Assembly (NCBI GenBank): GCA_044222475.1
Contig: JBGANF010000019.1
Location: 20,673-84,672 of the forward strand
Length of the DNA: 64,000 nt
Direction: 5' to 3'
Source of the DNA: Polyangiaceae bacterium
GTDB lineage: Bacteria; Myxococcota_A; Polyangia; Polyangiales; Polyangiaceae
In this document: piece by piece, positions 28,020 to 37,824 of the stretch
Layout: each line of letters starts with the position of its first letter
How positions within the stretch are numbered: the first letter of the stretch is position 1
Position numbers and translations under genes: made by a program
Notes under the pieces: model-generated
Told to the model about the DNA's origin: nothing
The model's input: only the letters and a program-made list of their open reading frames with translations
The model's database searches: none

Positions 28020-31001
28020 ATGAAGGCAGGCGGCAAAAGCGAAGCTCGCGGTGGCGGGGCAGGGGCGGGCGAGGCTGACGCGGGGCAGAGCTTCGGAGGT
28101 GCTCGCGCAGACTTCGTGGCGTCGCTCGGACGCAAGGTCGCCGAGCTCCGGCGTGCACTGGCCGCGGTCGAGAGCTCGCCCGCCGAGGCGCCGCTCCGCG
28201 AGGAGCTCAAGCGCAAGCTCGGCGCGCTCGCGACCAACGCGCGGCACATGCGCTTCGACGCCATGGCGCAGCTCCTCGGCGAAGCGACGACCCTCGTCGA
28301 TGCACCGGTCAAGGCCGGCGCGCCCGAGGCGCGACAGCTGTCGAAGATCGCGCGAGCCCTCGACGATCTCCCCGCGATGGCGTGGAGCGAAGGAAAGCCC
28401 GAGGCGCTCGCGCCGACCCCGCGCGAGACCGTGGACGCGACGCCCCCGCCGGCGGACGTCTCCAGCGAAGTCCCCGCGCAATCCCCCATGACGGTCTTGG
28501 TCGTCGGTCCGGAGCACGTCGCCGAGACGTTGCTCGAAGCCGCCGACCTGTCGCGCGGTCGCCTCGTCGAGTGCGAGCGCACCGAAGACGCCCAAGCGGC
28601 GATCGGGCTCGCGCGCGCTCTCGCGCCGGACGTCGTGCTGCTCGACGCCGACGTGAAGCACGCCGAGGATCTCGTCGAAGCGCTCGCGGACGATCCGCTC
28701 ACCGAGCCAGTGCCGCTCGTCGTCCTCGGCAAGCTCTCCGCCGAGCAAGCCGCGCGCTACATTGCGCTGGGCGTCGCTCGCACCCTCCACGCGCCGTACT
28801 CCGGCGAGGCGCTCCGCAGCATCGTCGAAGAGGTCGTCGATCAACGCGAAGGCCGCACCGTACGCGTCGCCTTGGGCGAGCCCACCGTCGAGCAGCTCGG
28901 GGAGCGACTCGCCGACGAGCTCCGCCGCGCGCTCGTCGACTCGGTCGACCCGAAGACCCGCGGCGCGCGCGTCGCTCTCGGCGAAGGCACCGAGGTCATG
29001 GCCGCGCTCTGGGGCGCGATCTCGCGCGTGCGCGAGGTCGTCACCGCGCGTACCGGCGGCACGGTTCGCTTCCACCTCGGCGGCCCCGAAGGCAGCCACG
29101 CGCTCGCGTTCCAGCCCGATCTCGGCGGCGCCGACCGCACGCGGCGGGCCCGCGGCGCCGCGGCCGACGTGAACCTCGAAGGTCGCCGCGTCATCGTCGC
29201 CGACGACGATCCCGGGGTGACTTGGTTCCTCTCCGATCTGCTCCGCACCACCGGATGCGTGGTCCACGAGGCGCTCGACGGCGCGGTCGCCCTCGATCTC
29301 GCGATGCGCATCGGGCCGGATCTCGTCATCAGCGACATCCTCATGCCGAAGGTCGACGGCTTCGCGCTCTCGCGCGCGCTCAAGCGCGACGTCGCGCTCC
29401 GCGACACTCCGGTGATCCTCCTGTCCTGGAAGGAAGACCTCCTCCAGCGCGTGCGCGAGCTAGGCGCGAGCGCCGCGGCGTACCTCCGCAAGGAGAGCGA
29501 CGCGCGCGCGATCCTCGCCCGCGTCCGCGAAGTGCTGTGGCCTCGCGCCCGAGTCGAAGCGCGACTCAAGGGCACGGGCGAGGTCCGTGGTCGGCTCGAC
29601 GGCCTCTCGGTCCACACGCTCCTCGAGCTCGTCGCCGCGCAGCGACCCACGTCGCGGATTTCGCTCCGCGACGCGTCGTGCCTGTACGAGGTCGAGCTGC
29701 GCGACGGCGCACCCCGACGCGCGACCCGCACGTCGGGAGACGGCGAGTTCGCCCGCGGGCCGCACGTCCTAGGCGAGATGCTCGGCATCGGCGCGGGACG
29801 CTTCGTCGTCGCTGGCGCCACGCCCGGCGCGACGGGCCAAGGCGGCGAGCTCGAAGGCACGCTCGAAGAGCAGCTCAAGGAGCACATCGCCCGCGCCCGC
29901 GGCGCGATGGCCGCGACGACCGGCGCGCGTACCGCGACCGTGACGCGCCTCGAGATGGATTCCGACGTCCTCGAGACGTACCTCCGCGCGACGCCGGAGC
30001 CCGCGCGCAGCCTCATCGCCCGGATCGCCAAGGGGCAGTCGCCCCGCGAGCTGCTCCTCGGTGGCCAGGTGGTCCCGAGCCTCCTCGACGACTTGCTCGT
30101 GGACCTCGCGTCGCGCGGCGCCGTCACCGAGGTGTGGGGCGAAGACGGCGAAGACGTCCTGTCGCCGGCGGTGACCCGCGCGCGCGAGACCCTCGAAGGA
30201 ACCAAGCGAGCGAAGACGCCGCTCTCGTCGCTGCGCCCGAGCATGACGCCCCCGCCGGTGTTGGGCATCGCCTACGACAAGCCGAAGGAAGAGGAGTCGC
30301 TGACCGCGTCGCTCCGCGATCTCCTCGGCGAAGAGGCCTCGGCCGCACCGGCCGCCACGACCACGAGCGACCCGCCGTCGTCGCTGTCGGACGCCGTCAT
30401 GCGCGAAGCCGAGCCTGCGTCGTCTTCGTCCGAGCCGCCTCCGATCATCGAGCCGAGCGAGCTCAAGCGCCGCTCGTCGAACCCGCCCGAGCTTTCTTCG
30501 TCCAACCTCGAGTCGGTCCCCGAGATGGAGGCCGCACCACCGCCGGCGCCGCGCGCGAAGGCTTCCCCGCCGCCGAAGCCGGAGGAGCCGCAGCGCACGC
30601 CCCTGTCGGTGGCGGTCAAGACGGCGCCGAAGCCGCCGAAGAGCGGCTCGAGCACCGGCACCTGGGTGATCGGCCTCGCCGCGCTCGCGCTCGTCGGGTG
30701 GATGACGTTCCGCCTCGTCGGCGCCGGCCCTGCGGCGCCCACCGCCGCGAGCGGCGGTGCCGCGCTCAGCCCGATCGTCCAGCCGCTGCCGGCCGGAGCG
30801 AAGGTGGCGCACGGCGAAGGATGGCTCGACGTGCACGGCCCCGCAGGCGCGAAGATCACGGTCGACGGCGTCGAACGTGGGACGACGACGCTCGGGCTCG
30901 CGCTCCGCGCAGGCAAGCACGAGATCGCGGTCGACGATCGCAAGACCGACGTCGACCTGCCCGACGGGCAGAGCGTGAAGGTCGACGCCGCACAGCCGTG
31001 A
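28020..31001 (+). CDS. Multidomain response regulator (degenerate REC + REC + DUF4388-like + Pro-rich linker + TM + PEGA-like)
   Basis: VIVADDDP...VISDILMPKVDG receiver; VRGRLDGLSVHTLLEL; TM near C-terminus; ITVDG...AGKHEI. Confidence 0.8.
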   Translation: MKAGGKSEARGGGAGAGEADAGQSFGGARADFVASLGRKVAELRRALAAVESSPAEAPLREELKRKLGALATNARHMRFDAMAQLLGEATTLVDAPVKAGAPEARQLSKIARALDDLPAMAWSEGKPEALAPTPRETVDATPPPADVSSEVPAQSPMTVLVVGPEHVAETLLEAADLSRGRLVECERTEDAQAAIGLARALAPDVVLLDADVKHAEDLVEALADDPLTEPVPLVVLGKLSAEQAARYIALGVARTLHAPYSGEALRSIVEEVVDQREGRTVRVALGEPTVEQLGERLADELRRALVDSVDPKTRGARVALGEGTEVMAALWGAISRVREVVTARTGGTVRFHLGGPEGSHALAFQPDLGGADRTRRARGAAADVNLEGRRVIVADDDPGVTWFLSDLLRTTGCVVHEALDGAVALDLAMRIGPDLVISDILMPKVDGFALSRALKRDVALRDTPVILLSWKEDLLQRVRELGASAAAYLRKESDARAILARVREVLWPRARVEARLKGTGEVRGRLDGLSVHTLLELVAAQRPTSRISLRDASCLYEVELRDGAPRRATRTSGDGEFARGPHVLGEMLGIGAGRFVVAGATPGATGQGGELEGTLEEQLKEHIARARGAMAATTGARTATVTRLEMDSDVLETYLRATPEPARSLIARIAKGQSPRELLLGGQVVPSLLDDLLVDLASRGAVTEVWGEDGEDVLSPAVTRARETLEGTKRAKTPLSSLRPSMTPPPVLGIAYDKPKEEESLTASLRDLLGEEASAAPAATTTSDPPSSLSDAVMREAEPASSSSEPPPIIEPSELKRRSSNPPELSSSNLESVPEMEAAPPPAPRAKASPPPKPEEPQRTPLSVAVKTAPKPPKSGSSTGTWVIGLAALALVGWMTFRLVGAGPAAPTAASGGAALSPIVQPLPAGAKVAHGEGWLDVHGPAGAKITVDGVERGTTTLGLALRAGKHEIAVDDRKTDVDLPDGQSVKVDAAQP

Positions 31002-33274
31002 CGCGCGTCGCGTCACGCCCCAGGCTCGCGCTCGCCTTCGTGCTCGCCGCGCTCGCGGGATGCGGCAAGTGCGGCTCGCACTCGAACGCGACCGACGGCG
31101 CGGTCACGACCGCGACGACGACCTCGTCGGTCCCTCCGCCGAAGTCCGAGGAGGTCCTCCTCGATCCGCTCGCTCACCCCGACACGTGCAGCGTCGGACA
31201 CGAAGGCATCCTGCTCGATCTCGGCGCAGCCGACATGCGGCCCCAGCTCGGCTACGGCGACACCGGGGTCGAGACGATCGAGCGCGAGGGAGCGACGTGG
31301 GAGAAGATCTCGGCGCGCTCGATCACGCTGCGGTTCATCGCGCCTCCGGACGGTGCGGCTGCGGTGCCCGGATCGGACGGCGGGCCGAAGGATCTCCGCA
31401 TCGATGCGCGCTTGCGCGGCCTCGCGGCGAAGTCGGCGTCGGTGTACCTGAATGGTAAAGCGGTGGGGCCCCTGCCCTTCCCCAAGGCCGAGACCGGCAT
31501 TCGATCGCTCAAGGGGGACGCGCTCTTCGCGCCCGGCGTGAACGAGCTCACGCTCCGCTTCAACGGCCTCGCGAAGCAGAGCACCGACGCGGCAGTCGAG
31601 ATCGACTGGATCCGGATCGGGTTCGGGACGGACTCCGCATATGCGGCGCCGACCTTCTCCGAGGCCGTGGCGACGAACACGCTCGGTGGCACGCCGCGAC
31701 GCGCGCTCGCGCTGCGCGCGCCCGGGTTCCTGCGCTGCTCGGGCTTCTTCCCCACCGGCGCGACGCTGCGGCTTGCCCTGGGCGTCAGCGGGACCGGCGA
31801 CGCCGACGTCGAGCTCCGCGCTCGCGACGAGCGAGGCGTCGCGCGCACCCTCGGGACCCATCACCTCCGCGGCGCGAGCGACGCGACGTGGAAGGACGTG
31901 GAGGTTCCGCTCGGCAGCGGATTCCTCGGCGCGCTCGAGCTCGCGGCGGTCGGCACCGCGCCAGGGACGAGGGTCCTCTTCGGTGAGCCCAAAGTGGTAC
32001 GACCGGCCCCACCGCCCGAGTCACACGGGAGCGCGCGTGGCGTCGTCCTCGTCGTCTTCGGCCAGCTCCCACCGCGGTTGCTGGCGCTCTACGGCGGCTC
32101 GAACGCGTTGCCCGAGCTCGACGGCTTGGCCAAGAACGGCATCGTCTTCGAGAAGCACCGCGCGTCGAGCTCGTGGGCTGGCGCTTCGTTGGCCTCGATG
32201 CTCACCGGTCTGCCTCCGCAGCTTCACGGCGCGACCGATGAAGGGGCGCGGCTCGCGGCGTCGGTGACGACGGTCGCCGACGCGGCGAAGGAGGCGGGAG
32301 TCGCGACCGGGTACTTCACCGCCAACCCGACGACCGCTCCGGCGTTCGGCCTCGACCGAGGGTTCCAGACGAGCGCGGCGTCGCTTCCCGGCACCGCCGG
32401 CGGCGCAGCCGCCCCGTTCGACGGCGCGGCGAAGTGGATCGCGGAGCACAAGCAGGAGCGCTTCCTCGTGGTGGTCCACGCGCGCGGCGGGCACCCGCCG
32501 TGGGACGTTCCCCTCGACGATCTGAAGGGCATCGCGCCCGACGGATACACCGGCGCGATCGAGCCGATTCACGCGGCCGAGATGCTCGCCAAGGCGCGCC
32601 ATCTCCCTCCCCTGCTGCGGTTCACCGACGCCGATCGCACCCGCGCCTGGGCGCTCTACGGCAAGGCGATCGTGGGGCAGGACGCGGCGCTGGGGCGGCT
32701 GCTCGCCGCGATCCGCGACGCGGGGCGCGACGCGGACACGACCGTGATCGTCACCGGCGACGCCGGCATGGACGAGGGCGCGCACGTGCCGTTTGGCGAC
32801 GACGGGCCCCTGAACGACGGCGCGCTCACCATCCCGCTCGTGGTGAGGCCGGCGGGCGGGCAGACGGCCGTCCGGTCGCAGGCTCTGTCGTCGTCGGTGG
32901 ACGTCGCGAGGACGATGTTGCTCGAGCTCGGGCTGCAGCCGCCGCTCGCCTTCGGCGGCGACGACCTTCGCGACCTCGTGAGCGGGCGCGAAGGACGCAT
33001 CATCGAGGCCGATTTCGGGAGCCGCCGGTGGCTCCGTTGGGAGTCGTTCGTCTTTCGCGTGAGCGACGGCAAGGAGGAGCTCTGCGACCTACGGAGTGAT
33101 GCGACCTGCGCGGCCGACATGAGCGGCTCGTTTCCGTTCGTCGTGGAGGCGTTTCGGCGCGAGGTCCTCACCCGGGCGCGCAAGGAGGCCAAGCGCCCTC
33201 ACCGAGACGTGCGGGAGGCTCCGAACGTCGACGCAACGCTGCTTCAGGCCCTCGGGACGTGGGGGAGGTTGTGA
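30998..33274 (+). CDS. Sulfatase-like lipoprotein (divergent active site)
   Basis: LAGC lipobox; LDGLAKNGIVF, SSWAGASLASMLTGL, TTVIVTGD, IPLVV. Confidence 0.75.
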   Translation: MTRVASRPRLALAFVLAALAGCGKCGSHSNATDGAVTTATTTSSVPPPKSEEVLLDPLAHPDTCSVGHEGILLDLGAADMRPQLGYGDTGVETIEREGATWEKISARSITLRFIAPPDGAAAVPGSDGGPKDLRIDARLRGLAAKSASVYLNGKAVGPLPFPKAETGIRSLKGDALFAPGVNELTLRFNGLAKQSTDAAVEIDWIRIGFGTDSAYAAPTFSEAVATNTLGGTPRRALALRAPGFLRCSGFFPTGATLRLALGVSGTGDADVELRARDERGVARTLGTHHLRGASDATWKDVEVPLGSGFLGALELAAVGTAPGTRVLFGEPKVVRPAPPPESHGSARGVVLVVFGQLPPRLLALYGGSNALPELDGLAKNGIVFEKHRASSSWAGASLASMLTGLPPQLHGATDEGARLAASVTTVADAAKEAGVATGYFTANPTTAPAFGLDRGFQTSAASLPGTAGGAAAPFDGAAKWIAEHKQERFLVVVHARGGHPPWDVPLDDLKGIAPDGYTGAIEPIHAAEMLAKARHLPPLLRFTDADRTRAWALYGKAIVGQDAALGRLLAAIRDAGRDADTTVIVTGDAGMDEGAHVPFGDDGPLNDGALTIPLVVRPAGGQTAVRSQALSSSVDVARTMLLELGLQPPLAFGGDDLRDLVSGREGRIIEADFGSRRWLRWESFVFRVSDGKEELCDLRSDATCAADMSGSFPFVVEAFRREVLTRARKEAKRPHRDVREAPNVDATLLQALGTWGRL

Positions 33275-33316
33275 ACCGGAGAGCGCGCGTGCTAGAGAAG
33301 CGCGGTTTTCGCTTCT

Positions 33317-33403
33317 GGAGAGATGACCGAGTGGTCGAAGGTGCATGATTGGAAATCATGTGTACCCGCAAGGGTACCGAGGGTTCGAATCCCTCTCTCT
33401 CCG
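33317..33403 (+). tRNA. tRNA-Ser(GGA)
   Basis: GGAGAGA acceptor, anticodon arm CATGA-TTGGAAA-TCATG, long variable arm, GGTTCGAATCC T-arm; CCA not encoded. Confidence 0.96.
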
Positions 33404-33407
33404 CAAA

Positions 33408-33570
33408 TCCCCGTGAACGTGAACGTGCCCGTGCCCGTGCCCGATCGACCACGCTGACCGACTCGCGATCGCTGGACGCGAACGCGTCGCGGACCGGCAG
33501 GCGTATCGATCCCGAGCCTGCTAGCGCCGTTCTTCGGGCACGGGCACGGGCACGTTCACGGGCACGGGGA
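33408..33570. repeat. 37-bp inverted repeat built of CGTG(CC/AA) hexamers with 89-nt spacer
   Basis: Left arm 33408-33444 matches the reverse complement of 33534-33570 at 35/37 positions. Confidence 0.9.
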
Positions 33571-33664
33571 AGAAGCGTGTTCGGAGGATGAGCGTCCGCT
33601 TTCCGAAGCGCTGCGCGTCCGTGTCGTCTTGACAACCCCGCGCCGCTCCTGCAGTTTGCGCGGT

Positions 33665-33751
33665 GGAGAGATGACCGAGAGGCCGAAGGTGCCTGATTCG
33701 AAATCAGGTGTGCCCGCAAGGGTACCAGGGGTTCGAATCCCCTTCTCTCCG
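33665..33751 (+). tRNA. tRNA-Ser(CGA)
   Basis: Anticodon arm CCTGA-TTCGAAA-TCAGG, long variable arm, GGTTCGAATCC; CCA not encoded. Confidence 0.96.
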
Positions 33752-33768
33752 CAAGCCTAACTCGCCGC

Positions 33769-35055
33769 TCAGTGCACCGCGAGGATCACGGTCGCCACCG
33801 CGGACCACACGAGGGCCATGAGCCCGACGCTCGCCAGGCTGATCGCGACGATCGGCCGCCGGTCGATGAGGTTCGACGCCTCCCGCGTGACTCGCTTGGT
33901 CAACGTGAACGGGCACTGGATGCGGCAACGTCCGTCGAGGATCATCGCCAGCTCCGAGACCATCTCTTCGGCGCTCTGCCAGCGCTCCGCCGGGTTGCGC
34001 CGGAGGCCGCGGTTGCAGAAGTGGTAGAGCTCCGGCGGCGACATCCCCTGCGTCGGGTGGACGTTGTCGAAGTGCGACAACCGCACGTCGGCGGCGATGA
34101 TCGCCTTGAGCATCCCGTCCATCGTCGTCTGATCGGCCATGTAGTGGCGGAGGTTCACGAGCTCGTGGAACAGGACGCACGCGCTGTAGAGGTCACTCCG
34201 TTCGTCGATCTGATCGACCGCGCCACGCGCCTGCTCGGGTGACATGTACGCGGGCGTGCCGACGAGCGCGCCGTGGCGGGTCGTGAAAAGGCGCGCGCGC
34301 TCGGTCGGCGGTTCGACGTCGGCCGTGTCGGGCAGCTTCGGCGCGGACTGCGCGCCGGGCTTGATCGACTTGGCCACGCCCCAATCCATGAGCACGACCT
34401 CGCCGAACTTGCCGATCATGACGTTGGCCGGCTTGATGTCGCGGTGGACGAAGCCACGCGAGTGCGCGAACTGCAGCGCGCGGAGCAGACCCATGAAGAT
34501 CTCGACTCGCGCCGTGAACGTGTACTTCTTGTGGTACGCGGGATCGCCGGCAGCCAGCTTCTCGATGATCTCCTCGAGGGTCTCGCCCTCGATGTGCTTC
34601 ATGACGAAGAAGTAGCGCCCCTGGTCATCGACCCCGACGTCGTGGATCGGGACGATGTTCGGATGCTCGAGCGAACCGACCGTGTGGATCTCCTCGACGA
34701 AGCGCGCGACCAGCGTGCCGTCCTGTGGCGCGCTCAGGTACTTCACCGCGACCGACCGCCCGATGTCCTGATCCTCGGCCAGGGCAACCTCGCCCATGCC
34801 GCCAGCGCCGAGGACCCGCTTCACCTCGTAGCGGACGCGACCGTCGTGAACGAGCGCCTCACCCGACAGCCGGGGTAGGACCGCGGTCTTGATGGTTCCA
34901 CCCGCCGTGCGCATCGCCGAGGTCGGCGCGTAGGTCACCGACGGGCCGAGCGCGGCTTGCGTGTCCTGGACGGTCTTGTCGGGCGCTGCCGTCGGCTCCG
35001 CAGCGACCGTCGCCGCGAAGGCGTGCTCCACTTCGCTCTGCGTCATGACCATCAA
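33769..35055 (-). CDS. Ser/Thr protein kinase with C-terminal TM
   Basis: LGAGGMG, VAVK, HRDIKPAN, DWG, GTPAYMSPEQ. Confidence 0.93.
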   Translation of the reverse strand: MMVMTQSEVEHAFAATVAAEPTAAPDKTVQDTQAALGPSVTYAPTSAMRTAGGTIKTAVLPRLSGEALVHDGRVRYEVKRVLGAGGMGEVALAEDQDIGRSVAVKYLSAPQDGTLVARFVEEIHTVGSLEHPNIVPIHDVGVDDQGRYFFVMKHIEGETLEEIIEKLAAGDPAYHKKYTFTARVEIFMGLLRALQFAHSRGFVHRDIKPANVMIGKFGEVVLMDWGVAKSIKPGAQSAPKLPDTADVEPPTERARLFTTRHGALVGTPAYMSPEQARGAVDQIDERSDLYSACVLFHELVNLRHYMADQTTMDGMLKAIIAADVRLSHFDNVHPTQGMSPPELYHFCNRGLRRNPAERWQSAEEMVSELAMILDGRCRIQCPFTLTKRVTREASNLIDRRPIVAISLASVGLMALVWSAVATVILAVH

Positions 35056-35079
35056 GGGTAAGCACTTCCGCTCGGGGCG

Positions 35080-36189
35080 TCACCGCCGAAGCGTGTGAAG
35101 CATTGTTTCCATGTCCCGGTCGTCGTTCCAGAATCCGACGGAGACCCGCACGGCGTCGATGTCGGGGATCGACCGCACCAGCACCTTGGCAGCCTCCAGC
35201 CGCGCCGCGACGTCTGCCGCCGGCTCCCCATCGACGCGAAATGAAACGAGGAGGGACGGGCTCTGGACAGGCACGACGCCGACCTTCGGCACCCGTGCGA
35301 GCCCTTCTCGAAACGCCGCTGCCCGCACCTTTGCCGCTTCGTACGCACCTTTACCCACTTGGTCCGCGTGCCATCGCACCGCCGCGATGGCGCCGGCGAG
35401 CGACGTCATGGAGCACGTCGTGGCGTCGAGACGCCGGGCGGTGGACCAGTCGCTCGGGCCTCCGGGCCCGCGGGACTTGGACAGGTACCACGGCCAAGGT
35501 GTACCAAGTTGGGACAGCGCGGCAGGGCGGATCCAGAGCGCTCCGGTACCCGACGGACCGCACAGCCATTTCTGCCCGCTCACCGTGTAGAAGTCGGCGC
35601 CGAGCTCGGCCGGGCGAACGTCGAAGGCGCCGGCCGACTGCGCGCCGTCGACGAGGGTGAGCGCTCCGCGGGATCGTGCGTGCTCCGTGATTGCGCGTAC
35701 GTCGAGCGTCTCGCCGGTCGTCCAGAGGACGTGCGAGAAGGCGACCAGCTTCGTCGAGCTTGCGATCGCGTCGCCGAGTCGCTCGGGCGCGACGGCGCGC
35801 ACTTCGACGCCGCGCACGCGAGCGAGCTCGTCGAGCGGCGCGGTGAGCCCCGGGTGCTCGTGGGTCGTGGTCAGGATCTCGTCGCCGCGTCCGAGCGGCA
35901 GCCCCCAGAGGACCGCGTTCACGCCGTCGGTCGTGCAGTGCGCGAGCGCGACCTCGTCCGGGCTCGCGGAGAGCGCGCTCGCGAACGCGGCCCGCGCCTC
36001 GTCGAGCTGGAGGAGCAAGCGGTCGAAGCCGACGTTGCCGATGCGACCCTGCTCGAACGAGCGGCCGACGTGGTCGCGCATCGCGTCGGCGGCTGGGCGC
36101 GGGAGGGGGCCGAACGATCCGGCGTTGAGGTAGGTGGCGTTCGTGACGGAGGGGAGCTCGCGGCGCGCGGCTTCGACGTCGAAGGTCAT
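35080..36189 (-). CDS. Class V PLP-dependent aminotransferase (cysteine desulfurase/lyase-like)
   Basis: YLNAGSFGP, VDGAQS, SGQKWLCGPSG. Confidence 0.9.
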   Translation of the reverse strand: MTFDVEAARRELPSVTNATYLNAGSFGPLPRPAADAMRDHVGRSFEQGRIGNVGFDRLLLQLDEARAAFASALSASPDEVALAHCTTDGVNAVLWGLPLGRGDEILTTTHEHPGLTAPLDELARVRGVEVRAVAPERLGDAIASSTKLVAFSHVLWTTGETLDVRAITEHARSRGALTLVDGAQSAGAFDVRPAELGADFYTVSGQKWLCGPSGTGALWIRPAALSQLGTPWPWYLSKSRGPGGPSDWSTARRLDATTCSMTSLAGAIAAVRWHADQVGKGAYEAAKVRAAAFREGLARVPKVGVVPVQSPSLLVSFRVDGEPAADVAARLEAAKVLVRSIPDIDAVRVSVGFWNDDRDMETMLHTLRR

Positions 36190-36221
36190 CGCGGCCCAGC
36201 ATAGCTGCTAGAGTGGTGGAG

Positions 36222-37193
36222 ATGCGCGCGCGGCTGTGGCTCTCGGCGATGGCTCTTTCTGCCTGCGCGAGCGCGTGCGGCACGAGCACGCCGGCAGCGC
36301 CGACGGACGCTGGCGTCGATGCGGCGGCGCCGATCGTGGACCCGAAGCGGTTCGACTGCACGTCGCTGGGCGGCGGGTTGCCGGTGCGAAAAGCGGCGTC
36401 CACGCCGGAGTGCCTGCGCGATCCCACCTGCACGACGCGCCTCGTGAGCGGTCATCGCGGTGCGGGCGGCCAGCTCGGTCGCATCGCGCCGGAGGACACG
36501 CTCGCCTCGTACCGGGCGGCGGTCGTCATCGGGCTCGACATCGTCGAGACGGACCCTCGGCCGACGTCCGACGGAGTCCTGGTCAACATGCACGACACCA
36601 GCGTGGACCGCACGACGAACGGCACGGGCGACGTGGCGTCGATGACGTTCGACCAGATCCGCAAGCTGGCGATCAAAACGGAGCTTCCGGGCGACTACTC
36701 GTGCGAGCGCGTGCCGACGCTCCGCGAGCTCCTCGAGCTGTGCGTCGGTCGCGCGCTGGTCCTCGTCGACGCGAACAAGACGGACCGCGTCGATCTGCTC
36801 GTGCAGGCGATCATCGATGCGAAGGCCCTGGACTGGGCGGTGTTCGACACGTCGACGGTGGCGAAGATCGATCAGGCGCTCGCGATCGAGCCGAAGCTGA
36901 TGATCATGCCGCGCATCGCCAGCGCCGACGAAGCGACCGCGGTGCTCGCGCACTTCGGTTCGCACGTGCCGGTCTTCGTCGAGATCGACTCGGCGGTGTT
37001 TCCGGTGGCGGTCGACGTGATCCACGCGGGAAAGAGCCGCGCGTTCACCGACGTCTTCGGGACCGATCTCTCCGTCAAGTTCGGCGGCGACCCGAAGGGG
37101 TACCTCGACGACTACGCGAAGGGCGCCGACGTGCTCCAGACCGACCTGCCCGACGAGGTGCTGCGCGTCTTGGGGCGACCCGTGCCGCCGTAG
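36222..37193 (+). CDS. Glycerophosphodiester phosphodiesterase family lipoprotein
   Basis: SGHRGA, APEDTL, VETD, MHD..VDRTT, LQTD; ASAC lipobox. Confidence 0.88.
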   Translation: MRARLWLSAMALSACASACGTSTPAAPTDAGVDAAAPIVDPKRFDCTSLGGGLPVRKAASTPECLRDPTCTTRLVSGHRGAGGQLGRIAPEDTLASYRAAVVIGLDIVETDPRPTSDGVLVNMHDTSVDRTTNGTGDVASMTFDQIRKLAIKTELPGDYSCERVPTLRELLELCVGRALVLVDANKTDRVDLLVQAIIDAKALDWAVFDTSTVAKIDQALAIEPKLMIMPRIASADEATAVLAHFGSHVPVFVEIDSAVFPVAVDVIHAGKSRAFTDVFGTDLSVKFGGDPKGYLDDYAKGADVLQTDLPDEVLRVLGRPVPP

Positions 37194-37202
37194 CCGACGG
37201 GC

Positions 37203-37823
37203 TCAGACCAGGCGCTCGATCGCGAGGGCGGCGCGCTCCACGGCGACCGGCAGGTCGGTGAGGGTCGCGATGGGCGCTTCGTCGACCGGCACACTGAGGC
37301 GACCGGTGGGCGCCCGCGATGCGACCGCCAGCGTGAGAGCGCTCGGTCGCTGCCAGAAGAACGCCAGCGGTCCGACGGGGCCGGCATCGAAGCGCGCTCC
37401 CAGCGTTCCCTCCCACCGCCCCAGGAGCTCGAGCCGCACGCCGCGCGAGTGCACGCACTCGAGCAGCGCGAAGGCCGCGTCGAGGATCGTCGGAGCGTCG
37501 CCGAGCGCACGCGACGACGCCGCGACGAGCGCTCCCAGCTTCGGCGGGAGGAGCGGCCCCTTCGGCGTCTCGAACCGGTCCTCGACGTCGGCCCCCCGCA
37601 CGAGAACGCTCGCGTTGCGCATCACGCCGTGATCCGAGACCACGAAGAGCGGACGATATGCGGGCCCGGCGAGAACACCGCCGAACGTCTCCCATGGCGC
37701 GGAGTCACTCACGGGGGCGAACGTCCGAAGCGTGCAGAATACACCCTCCTCGCTCGCCGCGTATTTGGCGATCGCTGCCGCGAGGCCTCGCGACGCGGCG
37801 CCGCGCGGGAGAGCGCGCGTCAT
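37203..37823 (-). CDS. Hypothetical protein
   Basis: ATG 2 nt after upstream stop; genome-like codon usage. Confidence 0.55.
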   Translation of the reverse strand: MTRALPRGAASRGLAAAIAKYAASEEGVFCTLRTFAPVSDSAPWETFGGVLAGPAYRPLFVVSDHGVMRNASVLVRGADVEDRFETPKGPLLPPKLGALVAASSRALGDAPTILDAAFALLECVHSRGVRLELLGRWEGTLGARFDAGPVGPLAFFWQRPSALTLAVASRAPTGRLSVPVDEAPIATLTDLPVAVERAALAIERLV

Positions 37824-37824
37824 C

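Noticed and set aside
28382..30997. 1630-aa ORF and other very long Arg/Ala-rich ORFs (e.g. 19006-22059, 20439-22919, 41885-44398, 53542-55803)
   Set aside because: Shadow frames of real genes in high-GC DNA; only the 3' part from 30998 of the 1630-aa ORF is protein-like.
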